The notes under the pieces are model-generated. The model did no database searches. It was not told the origin of the DNA and worked only from the letters and a program-made list of their open reading frames with translations. Shown piece after piece: positions 1 through 12,017 of a stretch of 64,000 bases of DNA; within the stretch, counting starts at the first letter, position 1, and the number at the start of each line of letters is the position of its first letter. The stretch is from the NCBI RefSeq assembly GCF_036321535.1, contig NC_087437.1, forward strand, positions 45,012,001-45,076,000. The letters are read 5' to 3'. The DNA comes from Camelus dromedarius (taxonomy: Eukaryota). The position numbers and the translations under genes are program-made.

Positions 1-1524
1 TTCATGATGTGCATTAAGAATTTTGAGCTCGCCATTCTCTTTTTAAAAGCTGTCTATTGTCCTGAAAAGTAGTTAAATGACTCCTTTGTTCTGAAATTCC
101 TCTTTTTATTCTTACTGTTCCAAAGCAGAAGCCTGACTTTATAAAGCCTTGCTTTCAAAGGATGCTTTATTCTGGGAGAACACAGCTGATAATTTAATTA
201 GAAAATCCAGCCTTTCATTTTATAGTCTGCCAGAATCATATTCCTGAAAACCAGCTGGTTTTTGTTTAGCTTCCTACCTAAATAAGATAACTAATTCCAA
301 ATTCTTTGAGCATCCATTGCCTGTCCTGTCTTTAACAGTACCTGCCAGTGTTATTGGTTATGAACAACAAAAACATCTCAGGATAACCTACACAGAGTAA
401 AATCATTTAGCTACCATGGGATGGTAAAAATATCAAAGGGTAGTCTGGAGAATAGCTTTCAGAATGGGCAGAGACAGAAGGAGACAAGCACAGATGAGAT
501 GAATTCTCAAGCATGTCTCTTTAAGACACCTGCTTGCCTTTGGAATCACTACCCCTGGACATGCCCTGAGTACCTGAACTGCTCCAATGAACTCTGTTCA
601 AGAACTGTACCACTGTACTCTGCCCTCCAATGTAGATGCTTCAGTAATCTGATTGCTCCTTGTATAGTGTATTGCTCCCAGATAACAAGACATCAGGATG
701 AGGAGAAGCTCCAAATTACCAGTATGCACTACAGTAATTGGGTCATGGAAGAGAAAACAGACTTTAGATGTTTTAATTCTTCCTTTATCATTTTGTCTAA
801 TCGATGCAAAATTCTTGGATTGTAAGTGAAAATTCCAGTCAAATCATTCCAAATTTGATTGTCAAGAGCCAAACAGCTCTACAGGAACTCTCACCATACC
901 TACTACCTGGCTTTTTCCCCTGGATGAGTGGCCATTAATCTAACTAAACCAGACGTTGGTCATGTTCACTGAAGGCAGGATCACTGGTCATTTAAAGATC
1001 ACTTTCTTGCCTTCTTCTCCCTGCCTCGTCCTCTCCAGGGGTTCACAGTTCCTTGCATGCGCTCATCATCGCTTTAGAGTTTAACTAAAGTGAGAATGGC
1101 CCCGAAATCTAATTTCAGGATTAGGAGAGAGGCCCCACTTAGTAAACCTCCTGCTAATCCCTATTCTCCTTCCCAGATTTGCCTGAGCTCTGCATGGGGA
1201 GGTATCAAGCACTTTGCTTCTGGGTAAAATGGCATCTTTGCCCTGGGTTTTCTATGCATGGGTAGTTCCTTCGGGAACTCTAGGGTGATGAGGAGTGATC
1301 ATCCAAACAGAATTTGAGTGTTCCTGGATCCTCTAACCAAACAAATATCACCAAAACATCACTCAACTGCTGAAAAGCTGCTTTCCTAAGTTAACCAATG
1401 ACTTTCACCTGGAATTCTGGTATAATTCAGAGACAGCCTTACTCTGTTACTCACACTTAAACATCTTTTGATCCCTTTACTGTTGGTCAGTGTCTGAAAG
1501 AACCAACTAAGTATGGTGTTTCTT

Positions 1525-1575
1525 TAAGCAAAATGACATTTCGAGGTAATAAGCAAAATGACATTTCGAGGTAAT
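1525..1575. repeat. Perfect 25-bp tandem duplication (aagcaaaatgacatttcgaggtaat x2)
   Basis: Identical units at 1526-1550 and 1551-1575, read directly. Confidence 0.97.
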
Positions 1576-1664
1576 TATAGACTTACGTGCAGTTGTAAGA
1601 AATAATACACAGAGATCCCATGTACCTTCTCCCGGTTTCCCGCAATAGTAACTTTTTAAAACTA

Positions 1665-1875
1665 CAGTTGACCCTTGAACAAACCGAAAGGGTTAGGGGT
1701 GCCCAGTTCCTGCATAGTAGGAAATCCACACCTAACTTTAGAGTCGGCCCTCCCTATCTGAGGTTCTGTACCCCAGGATTCAACCAATCATGGATCTGTA
1801 GTATGTATTTATTGAAAAAATCCGCATAGAAGTGGACCCATGCAGTTCAAACCTGAGTTGTTCCAGAGCCAAGTG
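1665..1875. mobile_element. MER8 (Tigger2-derived MITE, TcMar-Tigger)
   Basis: Starts CAGTTGACCCTTGAAC (Tigger2 TIR), contains ggattcaaccaa and gtggacccatgcagttcaaacc, ends ttgttccagagccaagtg. TA at 1663-1664 and 1876-1877. Confidence 0.9.
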
Positions 1876-4800
1876 TACAGAATAAGATCACAATCAAGAC
1901 ATTGACATTGAACTGTCAAGATGAACAATTTTCCATCACCACAAGGATCTGGCATATTGTCATTTACAGTTTTTCTCCTGGCCTTAAACTTTGTCAACCA
2001 CAAATCTGCTCCTTATTACTACAGTTTTGCCATTTAAAGGGTGTTACATAAATTGAATCACATAGAGCATAACCTATAGGGATTGATTCTTTTTTTCTCA
2101 GTGTATTACCCAGTGTGGAGACGTATCCAAGTCGTCAGGTGTACCAGTGCATCACTGGCTTTTACTGCTGAGCAGTATTCCATGGTATGAATGAACCACG
2201 TTCTGTTTAACTCTCCACCAGTGGAAGCACAGCTGAGTTTTTCCAGTTTTGGTCTGGTACAAATAAAGCTGCTATAAACATTCATGTACAGAGTTTTGTG
2301 TGAACATAAGTGTTCATATCTCTGGAGTAAATGCACAGGAGTGAAATTGCTGGGTTGTTTGGTAGTCCAATGTTTAATTTATTAAGAAACTGCTGAACTG
2401 TCTTCCAGAGTGGCTGTAACACTTGTTATTCCCACCAGAAATGTATGAGTGATCTAATTTCTCTGTATCTTTGCTTTGGGTTTATTTTGCCCTTTTTTTT
2501 GTTTGCTTGGTTTCCTAGATTTTCAAGGAGGGAGCTTAATTATTCATTTGAGACTCTTGTCTTTTCTAATACCTGCATTTAGTGCTATAATTTTCCCTCT
2601 CAGCACTGCTTTAGCTGTATTCCCCAAATATTTATATGCTCTATTTTATTTTTACTAAGTTCAGTTCAGTTCATCTAGAAATGTTTTAGTTCTCAGGTGT
2701 TTGGAGATTTCCCTATTATATTTCTACTACTTATTTCTGGTTTGATTCTAGCATGATATAATCTGTATGATTTCACTTTATAAAAATTTGTTGAGGTTTG
2801 TTTTACGGCCCAGGATATGGGCTATTTTAGTAAATGTTTCACAGGCACTTGAGAAGAACGTGTATTCTGCTGTTGTTGGATGGTGTGTTCTAAAGATACC
2901 AATTAGACACTTTTGGTTGATAATATTGTTGAGTTCTTCTACTAAATCCTTGGTTTTGTTTGTTTGTTTGTTTGTTTGCTACTATTGTTGAGAGAGCAAT
3001 ATTGAAATCTCCAACAAGAATTGCTAATTTCTTCTATTTCTTCTTTAAAGTCTATTGCTTTTTGTTTTACATGATTTATAGCTCTGTTGTTTGGTGAATA
3101 CACGTTTAGGATTACTACATCTATTTGGTGAATTAGCCCTTTTATCATAGAATGTCACTTCTGTCTCATAATCTTATTTGCTCTGATGTCTGATTTATTT
3201 GATATTAGTATAACCACTCCTGCTTTCTTTTGATTAATATTTGCCTTATATATCTTTTTCTCTCCTTTTAATTTCAACCTATCATGTATTTGAAGTGAAT
3301 TCTGCACAGATAGCAGAGAGTTGGGTCGTGCTTTTTAATCTACTTTGCCAATCTCTGTCTCTTATTTGATGTATACAGACTATTTATATTTAACGTAGTT
3401 GTTAATAAATCAGGGCTTCAGCCTGCCATTCTATTTTTTGTTTTCAGCTTGTGCTGTTTTTCATTTTTCTTATTTCCTATGGGTTATCTGAATTTTATTT
3501 TAGAATTCAGTTTCAATTTGTTGACAGTAATTTCACAGTAATTTTTAGTGTATCTTTTTTGTAGAGCTTTTCTAGTGTTGTCATTGTGTAAAAACATTTA
3601 GAACCATAGTAGACTATGCTAGAATTTGACTCTCTCAATCAAACATAACTTAGGGACACAGGACAGGTAGAGAGATTTATTGCACTTACTCATATGTTTA
3701 CTTCTTGCATTGTTCTTTCTACATCCCTGGTTTCCAAGACTCCATTTATTTTGATTTTAGTTTAGTAAACTTTCTTTATCCCCTTTTTTTAGGTTTGGCC
3801 AAGTGACAAATTATCTTAGTTTTCCTTTCAGAATGCCTGATTTTCTCTTTATTCTTGAAGTATACTTTCATTGGATAAAGATTCTATGTTTAAAGTTCTT
3901 TTCTTTCAGTACTTGAAAAATGTTTACCTTTTCTTTCTGATTTGTATGGTTTCTGATTTAAAAAAAAAAAAGGCTGTCATTAAAATCGGTCTCCCATACA
4001 AATAAGGTATTATTATTTCTCTCTTGCTGGTTTCAAAATTTATTTTCTTACTCCTTCTTTGTCTTCTTCTTTTTCTTCTTTTTGTCTTTAGTTTTTAGAA
4101 ATCTGGCTATGATGTGTCTTTGGACTTTCTTGGGTTTATACAGTTTGAGATTAACTCAATTTCCTTGAATCTGTATGTTTAATTGTTTTTGCCAACTTTG
4201 GAAAGTTTTAAGCCATTTCTTTTTAAGTACATTTTTGGCCCAACCCTCTTTCTCCTCTCCTTTCAGGACGCTAATGACACAAATGTTAGGACTTACAGTC
4301 TCACAAGTCTGCGAAGATCTTTTTGTTTGTTTTTCCTCCCAGTCTATATTCTCTCTGTTGTTCAGATTTAAGTAACTTTTATTCTATCTCTGAGTTTATT
4401 TATTTTTTCTTTGTCTTCTGTTTTATTGTAGAGCCCATTCTTTGAATTTTAATTTCAGTTCTTTTTTACAGTTCTAAAATTTACATTTGTTTTTTTATAT
4501 CTTCTATTTATTATTGGCTGAGACTTTCTTTGCTGAGACTTTCTATATTCTCATGTGTTTTTATTGTGTTCATAACTGCTTATGAAAGCATTTTTACGAT
4601 GGCTAATTTAAGATATTTATAATTCTAATATTTTTGTTACCATGTTATTGATGTGTATTGATATATTTTGTGATTCAGTTGAAGATCATCCTGATTCTTG
4701 TTATCATGAGTGATTTTTTAAAATTGAAATCTAGACTTTTTTTTTTGTTGCGAGACTGAATCTTAATTAAGCTTTCTGTTTTAACTGGCTTCCTCTAACA

Positions 4801-6484
4801 CTGCTCTGACTGGGGACAATGGGGTAGAGCTTTATCACCAGTAGAGGTAGAAGTCCACATTCCCCTCTAGGCCTCCATTTACACCTGCTAGGGGAGGCTC
4901 CTCATCACAGCTGAGTGAAGGTGGGGGTTCTGCCTCCCTAGTACTAGGTGTTTACTGGGACTTCCTTGACTGGGAAGCATAGGATTGCCTTGTTACTGCA
5001 CTCTGTGTGGCCTCCACTGGCACTTCTGTGAGTGGGACAGGTTGGCTTTATTACTACCAGGCACTGGTAAAAATCCTGATTCTCTAGGTTCCCTCTGACA
5101 TCACCCTAGTAGAGAATGGAAAGGGCTCCATACTACTACCAGGTGGGGATGGAAACCCAGGCTCAACATGTGGTGTACGCTGACATCTCAAAGGAGGGGC
5201 TGTTCGTTACCACCAGGTAGGAATGAAAATCCCAGCTCCCTACCCAGCTCTCTCTGATACCATCTTGGGGGGGGTATTAGGATGTCTAGAGCCTGGTAAG
5301 GGTGGAAGTACAGACTCCCAGCTCCACCCTGGAACAGTGGTGGAGCCTGTAATTTTTCTGTTTTTCGCCTTGCTAGGCTACCCATTTCCCAGTCTTCTGG
5401 CTCGAGAGAAAAGGATTTTGTTGGGGGTTTTTTCCCCCTGATCTCATCGGGGTGTTCAGATTGCTGGCTCATTCAGCTCTAAATCTGGGATATATGAGTC
5501 AAAAAGAAAATCCAAGAAACTCACCATGGTGTCACCTCTTGGTTCCTGATGTTCCTAGGCTGCCTGACTTCTCTGTACCTTTCAAAGTCCTTTTTGTTTG
5601 TTTTATATGTATGTCCAAGTTTTCTAGTTGTAGTCAATGGAGGAATAGGGAGAAGTGCTCCATTTTCCTAGAAATACAAATTTAGGATTTTTTTAGTAAT
5701 AAATTGTTGTTGCACTCTAAATGTATATTTTCTATAAAGATTATGTATTTGCTCCCTTTTTTCTTAGTAGGTGAAAGATAGAGTCCAGGTGCCTTGTAAG
5801 TGACATGTTGTCCCTTTCTATGTTTCTGGCAGGAGTTAGATAAGAAAAAAAAACTATATTTAGTAATATTATTGAAGATGATTAAACCCATTGTACTTCA
5901 TTTGAGACTGAGATCTTCAGTTTCTTTTTTTTTTTAAAGAAGTTGCAAACTTATTAGATCCCAAAAGCTTATCAATTTTTTACTAGAAATATTTAAAATA
6001 ACAAATTTGTGATGTGTTGGAGCAAACAGTCTTTACTGAATCACTCCCCAAACCATCATTTCAAATGCCAAGATTAACAATGGAATAAAATTGAAAATAC
6101 TTATTATGTCACACAGTGATTAAATTGACTGTAGATGATACTTTGTCCAATTAGTCCAAGTTTATTTTCTCCAGAAATGTCTCTAGTTCAATATTTCAAG
6201 TGGACATTCACTTGATTACTCATTGGTTTTAAAACGGTTGCCTATAATCTGAGCTTGCAACATTTGTACAGATTTAAGTAACTATTGAACTTATTAATGA
6301 ATCATCACTGAGTGTTACATTAAGGAGCATTATTGCTACCTGATTGTAGTATCTGGTTAAAAAGAGGCATTAGTCTACCTAAACCAAAATTTTAATTTTC
6401 AGGGAGTAAAACCTCAATATTCATTTAAATTTTATCAAAGTGTTTCTTCACTGTTTACAGTGGGAGTTGAGTTAGTAAGGGGTG

Positions 6485-6650
6485 CATGGGTTTTGAAACT
6501 TGACAGGTTAATAAACAGATCTCTTTCCTGTTACTAATATATGACTTTGTGCCTTGCCTGTAAAACAAAAGATAATAGTATGTGATGTTGAATGGATAGA
6601 GATGCAAAGTATGAGGTACATAAAGAATCTATCAATGTTTACTGTGCACT
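6485..6650 (+). mobile_element. MIR SINE, degenerate
   Basis: gggttttgaaac...tgactttg...ctgtaaaacaaaagataatagta...atcaatgtt follows MIR core and tail order. Confidence 0.5.
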
Positions 6651-7519
6651 GTCACTGAAGAACTACATTATTGAATCTGTTTTGTGCCACCTCACAGAAT
6701 AGTGGCTCCCAAAAGACAAAAATCCTGATCTTAAAAAAAAAAGCTTTCTACTCAATAGGAAAGTTATAAAATGTGTAATGAAGTATGGTACATGATAACA
6801 AATAGTAAGTACTATAAGAAAGTTGAAAAAATACGCTTTAAAAGAGAAGAAAAACACCTTTTGCTCTTAAGTTTAACGAGACTTCAGGGAAAATGTGACA
6901 TATGAGCTACGTCTTAAAAAAGGTTAAAATTTCAAAATACAGTGATGAAGGAAGCCATTTTCATTCGAGAAAACAGAATGGGAAGTTATGCATACAAATA
7001 TTTTTAGAGTATAATCAGGAAACAAAGGTGTCTTCAATTGGATTAGAATACTAGTAGCATGAATTGTCATACTGACCTATAAAAGGTAAAATGGGACCAG
7101 GATATTCAATCCTTCGTTTGGTAGTTTGAAGGAACTTTTTATGGCTTTGAAGCAGGGCAATGTCCTGATGGTTTATGATGTTCCATCGAGATGGACATGT
7201 ATTATACATCAGAAAAGTAAGAGAATGGAGACAGGGAGCTAAATTAATATAAAAACTTTGAATACAAAAACATACAATATGTGTTGTAATCTCTGCAGAA
7301 GACTTGGGGGTAAAATGGGTCAAAATTAATTATAATAGCACTAATTTATAAAAATAAAACTCCCTTTGTGGATGCGTCTCCAATCTGTATTTTTAGCACT
7401 AACTGGAATTCTCCTTCTACACTTCCAAATGCTGTTGAAAATTATGACCAAAGAAAGTAACTTCCCTTTGCAACCTATTTTCAGTGTTCTGTGCATTGAA
7501 TTACTTACTCATTAGTCAA

Positions 7520-7620
7520 TTCACTTTTTTTTATTCAATGAACAACTAGTAAGCTCCATGTCGGTGCTAAGATAATGATGAATAAGACACCAATCTTGCC
7601 CCCAGTAACAGTCCAGTCCA
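7520..7620 (-). mobile_element. L2 3' end fragment
   Basis: ttattcaatgaac...gtgctaagataatgatgaataagacac resembles the reverse L2 tail. Confidence 0.55.
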
Positions 7621-7623
7621 GGA

Positions 7624-7664
7624 GTGTGTGTATATATATATATTTATGTGTGTGTGTGTGTGTG
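7624..7664. repeat. Compound (GT)n(TA)n(TG)n microsatellite
   Basis: Read directly. Confidence 0.95.
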
Positions 7665-8246
7665 AGTATGTATTCAAAACATAAATTACAAAATTGTGTG
7701 AGGTTAATCAAAACATAAATTATAAAAGAGTGTGAAGGGGTAATGAATTCTCACAGACTGGTTGATGCCTGTATACTGCTTCTCTCTCACTGGAACAAAC
7801 ACAACAAGCCCATACATGATTTATAAATACTAACACTAGTTTTCCAATGATTATTTTACAATAAGATCTAAGTTTTTCATATTTATATTCCTTACTTTAA
7901 ATACAAACTAACTTATATGAACTATAAAAAATAATTTTAAAAGGTATGAAATGTATTTTATTATTTCAAGAGGCAATTTTTTTCTTTTTATTAAAGATGT
8001 ACAATTACATTGTCATGTTAGTACTAGAACTGGAGAGGATTTGAAGGAAAACCAAGAGTACAAATGTCTGTTTTTTCTGAATCACAAGACAATGCCCATC
8101 CCTTTGTTAATACGCTAAATAAATGTTTATTCAGTCCTCAACGACATCAAATTTATTGTGAATAAGGTCAGATATAATAGATGTCTGGATATCATGCATT
8201 GGAAGTGCCTGTGGTTGCATAGGTACAGGATGCTCTCCAGACATCA

Positions 8247-8833
8247 TACGGTAGGCAGAATTCTAAGACAATCCCTGAGATTCCTACCCTTTGATATACA
8301 TGCCCTGTAAAATCCCAAAAGAGTGAATATGCTGAGATAGCATTCCCACCATTAGGTTACTAATCAGTTGACTTTGGTTTAAAACAAAAGGAAACTTATT
8401 CTCGGTGGGCCTAATCAAGCTAGCCCTTTAAAAGAAGAAGCGATGGAGAGACAGTCTTCTGCTGGAATCAAAGATGGATAATTGACAAGATGAAGAGAAG
8501 AGGGCCACAAGGCAAAGGGCTAGAGGGAGGCCCCCAGGTGCTGAGAGCAGATCCTAGCTGATAGCTAGTCAGAAAGAGCAAGGACTTCCATCAGACAGAA
8601 CAACAAGGAAATTAACTCCTCCCTCAATTACTAAGGTTGGAAGAGAACCCTGAGCCTCAGATGAGATTTCAGTCCTGGCTGACACCTTAAGTTCAGTCCA
8701 GTGAGACCCTAGCAGAGGAAGGAGCTAATTCCTACCTGGATGCCTGACCCATGAAAGCTGTAAACTCATTATTTGTGTTTCTTAAGTACTAAATTTGTGG
8801 TAATTTATTATGCAGCAATAGGAAACAAATACA
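8247..8833 (+). mobile_element. MaLR solo LTR, MLT1F/MLT1G-like
   Basis: Starts tacggtaggcagaattctaagac, contains ccctgagcctcagatgagat and gctgacaccttaag, ends ttgtggtaatttattatgcagcaataggaaacaaataca. Confidence 0.85.
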
Positions 8834-8999
8834 TCTACCCAACAGCCCATATGTGGAAGAAGAGATGGGAAATTTTTGATTTATTTCTTCCTGTGGTTTA
8901 AAAACAAAATAATGGCTCAGTAGAGAAGGAATTAAAAGAAGGGGATTTATTTTAAGAGCAAAAGGGTTAAGGGAATAATCACAATGAGGGTTAATAATA

Positions 9000-9310
9000 G
9001 GAGTAAAAATATAATATTTGAGAGACTCAGCAGAGTGAAAAGCCTTGGTTGCACAGTGGGCTCCGAAATGTCACAGTGCAGTTGTGAAATGGATACAAAT
9101 GCTACCATTGGGGGCTGACAATAGAAGTGAACTGCTTAAGTAAAGTACATTGGTGATCACTGGGATGGAGTCATTGTCCACGTAAATCTTGAAGACATTC
9201 ATGATGATGGCAGGAGTGAGGAAGAAATAAAGATTATGATCCAGGTGTCAACACCTGTGATAAGTAGGGGTTATGAGCAAAGCTGAGTAGAAATCTGTAA
9301 CTAAAGGTGG
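9000..9310 (-). mobile_element. L2 ORF-region fragment
   Basis: gtccacgtaaatcttgaagacattcatgatgatggcaggagtgagg...tgatccaggtgtc resembles reverse L2 ORF2. Confidence 0.55.
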
Positions 9311-9312
9311 AG

Positions 9313-9647
9313 TGTTACAGGCTGAACTGTATCCCCACAAAATTGATATGTTGAAGTACTGAACCCCTGTACTTTTGGATATGAATGTATTTGGGAGTAA
9401 GGTCTTTAAAGGGGTAATTAAGTTAAAATGAGGTCTTTAGGGTGGGTCCTAACCCAGTAAGACCAACTGTAAGAAGAGCTTAGGGCATAGAGAGACACAG
9501 AGGGAAGACCATGTGAGGACACAAGAAGACACAGCCATCGACAAGCCAGGAAGAGAGTCCTCAGAAGAAACCAACCTGCTGGCATCTCAATCTCAAAATC
9601 GTGAGAATATAAATTTCTGTGGTTTAAGCCAAGTCTGTGGTACTTAT
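9313..9647 (+). mobile_element. MaLR solo LTR, MLT1A0/MLT1B-like, 3' terminus lost
   Basis: tgttacaggctgaactgtatcccc, ggtctttaaaggggtaattaagttaaaatgagg, gggaagaccatgtgaggacac, aaatttctgtggtttaagcc. Terminal ...taataca absent. Confidence 0.9.
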
Positions 9648-11544
9648 GAAAGCTTTTGAAAACTATTAAAATTATCAGAAGCTTTCAGTTAATACATTAG
9701 AAAATTTTAGTTAATTTTTAGTTAACTAAATTTAATTTAGTTAATACATTAGAAAAACAATTGAAATTACCACCTGTTGATATGCCAACATATCACAATA
9801 CAGCCATTGAGCCTGAGCAGGCTGTGGGGAAATGTGGCAGTTCTTGCCTGCCCACACCTGCACATAAGCAGAATCTGTTGTCGGGATAATCATGAAGTAA
9901 GAACAGTGGCTTTGGTGGGTCCCACTTTCGTCCCTCCTGAATTTTTTGTCCTTTGTTGGTGAGATTTTTCTTTATACTGACCTTCATGGGTCATTTATTT
10001 TAGTGCATCATTGGACACAGAAGACTTTTTCTCACTCCCTGGAAAACACATCATCATGTATTATCAAAATACTTAGGCAGAATTTAGATGGTTGGGAATA
10101 ATAGACAGACTAATTCTTTCAAAGTTAGATCTTTAAAATAGTTAATGGCTATTATTTCAGGCTACCTAAGAAAATGTGATGACAAACTCCACTCCCTACT
10201 CTGATAAAAAAATGGAGACTGTATCATTTTAAAGGTTCTTTATAGGTTTCAAAGTAATGTCTCTCAATACTTACTCTTTTATATGCTGTTTCAGGCTGGC
10301 TCCTCGACTACAAGGTCTCTCAGAAGTCTCAAAGGAAAGATTAATTCCACTCCCCCACTGCAAATCCTCTATTATATTTGTAACTATGATTTGGTCCAAG
10401 ATGGGGAAAATTTTCCTGATTTATTTTTTTACTGCGGCTTGAAGCCAAAGCAATGGCTCAGTAGAAAGAGACAAAAGACAGAGATTTATATTAGAAGGGG
10501 GAAAAAAAAAAGAGTTGAAGAATGAATAATCATAATAAGGGTTAAGAAAAGTTGTGGTAAGAATAAAGTTTGAGGAAATTAGAAGATTTTGAGAAACTCT
10601 AGATGTGTAAGTGAGTGTGTGTGTTTATCTGTGTAAATCCATAAATATTTACGCTTATGTGTTACTGAGTCATAATGTTAAGTATAATTCTTACATTTAA
10701 TGCCATAAGACATTTAATGTAAAAAAGCTGCTTCATGGTGCAAAGGAAAGTGAATTTCTTCAATTAGAAGAAGCTCATTATCAAGATGTGCAACAGGGCC
10801 TTAAATTGGAAAGTTTCAACTAAGGCATCAATCTATCATAGATGCGTCATTCCAAAAGAGGTTCTTATCAAAAGCAAAGTTTCGAATTAGATAACCAGAA
10901 ACTAGTTACACGGCTTTGAACACTGTGATTTTTAGAAGCAGAACATACAGGCTGAAAGAGTAGAGAGACTTTCTTTGGAAGGATCCATTGCAGTTTTAGC
11001 CTCCTCGCACACATACACACACATATGGTATCTGAAGCCTTCTGTAATAGCGGGGTGTGAGTGCACTTTGATGACAGGGGAATAGACATGGAAACTGTAG
11101 TAGAAATTTCAGTCCAGAGTGATTTTTTTTTTTTTAAATCCTGAGGGGACCCCAGTGGGTGATGGGAGGTTGAGGAAGCAATGGTAGTGGCCAATTTAAG
11201 GAGATGCACTGTGTACATGAAGAGAGTCATAGATAGGCTTAGTCAGAAAATCTCCAGCAAAATCCGCAAAAGAGCCCCTGAGTGAGCCAGCTTTAAATAT
11301 TTGCCAGACCCAAAGAAGATCAGCTTCCTTGACATTGGTACCCCAGCTGCAGCAATGCAGAGATGGGAGACCAGTATTCACATGCAGGGCAAGGAGGACC
11401 AATGACAGGTGGGTCTTCTGCATTCTGTATTGTTAGCTGGCCTCTCTCAAACCCTCCAAAACCAGGATTTGAAGATGACTATTTAGTATAGGACTCTCTC
11501 ATATCCAGAACTCTCTAAGTCACTTTATGGATTATTGGTTAGCC

Positions 11545-11968
11545 CAGAGGGTCTCAAAATTTTTGGTCTCAAGACCTCTTTACATTGTTACCAATTATTG
11601 AGAACCCCAAAGATGTTTTGTTTCTATGGCTTACATCTATTGATGGTTATTGTATTAGATACTAAATCAGACAATTTAAAATACTTATTTCTTTAAAATA
11701 ATAAAAATCCATTGCACATTGACATAACTCATACATTTCTATGAAAAAACCTATAATTTCCAAAATAACATATTTAGTAAATGGAGTGGCATGGCCTTAC
11801 ATTTTTGAAAATCTCTTTGGATTCTCATACCTGCTTCTGAATTCAATCTGTTGTGTATGTTGTTTTAACTGATGGACATGAAGGAAACCTAGCCTCATGT
11901 AAGTGCAATGTTGCAAACAGAAGGACCTCAGGGACCCCCTGAAATTGCTTTGGAGACTCCCATGTCCT

Positions 11969-12013
<45 letters not shown>

Positions 12014-12017
12014 ACTG
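11545..12017. mobile_element. hAT-Charlie non-autonomous element, Charlie1-family
   Basis: cagagggtctcaaaatttttggtctcaagacctctttaca...gagaaccccaaag, gagtggcatggccttacatttttg, ggattctcatacctgcttctg, ggacctcagggaccccctgaaa. Confidence 0.8.
11971..12012. repeat. (AC)21 perfect microsatellite
   Basis: Read directly. Confidence 0.98.

Larger units (their letters stand above)
1525..5680 (-). mobile_element. L1MC-type LINE-1 retaining 5'UTR, ORF1, ORF2 endonuclease region and 3'UTR, with RT/C-terminal ORF2 missing; interrupted by MER8
   Basis: ORF-track 2942..3148 (-) MIKGLIHQIDVVILNVYSPNNRAINHVKQK matches the L1 ORF2 endonuclease motif (IKGSIHQEDITILNVYAPN). 1540-2470 matches an L1MC 3'UTR in reverse (catcaccacaaggatc, gctgctataaacattcatgtac). 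4800-5675 matches an L1MC-type 5'UTR, ending gttttctagttgtagtcaatggaggaatagggagaag. Confidence 0.85.

Noticed and set aside
421-825. Longest ORF in the track (134 aa)
   Set aside because: No recognisable domain, no flanking splice or promoter support, Cys/Ser-rich composition typical of chance ORFs.
10868-11230. 120-aa minus-strand ORF
   Set aside because: Runs through a poly-T tract (KKKK) and CA repeats; no recognisable homology.
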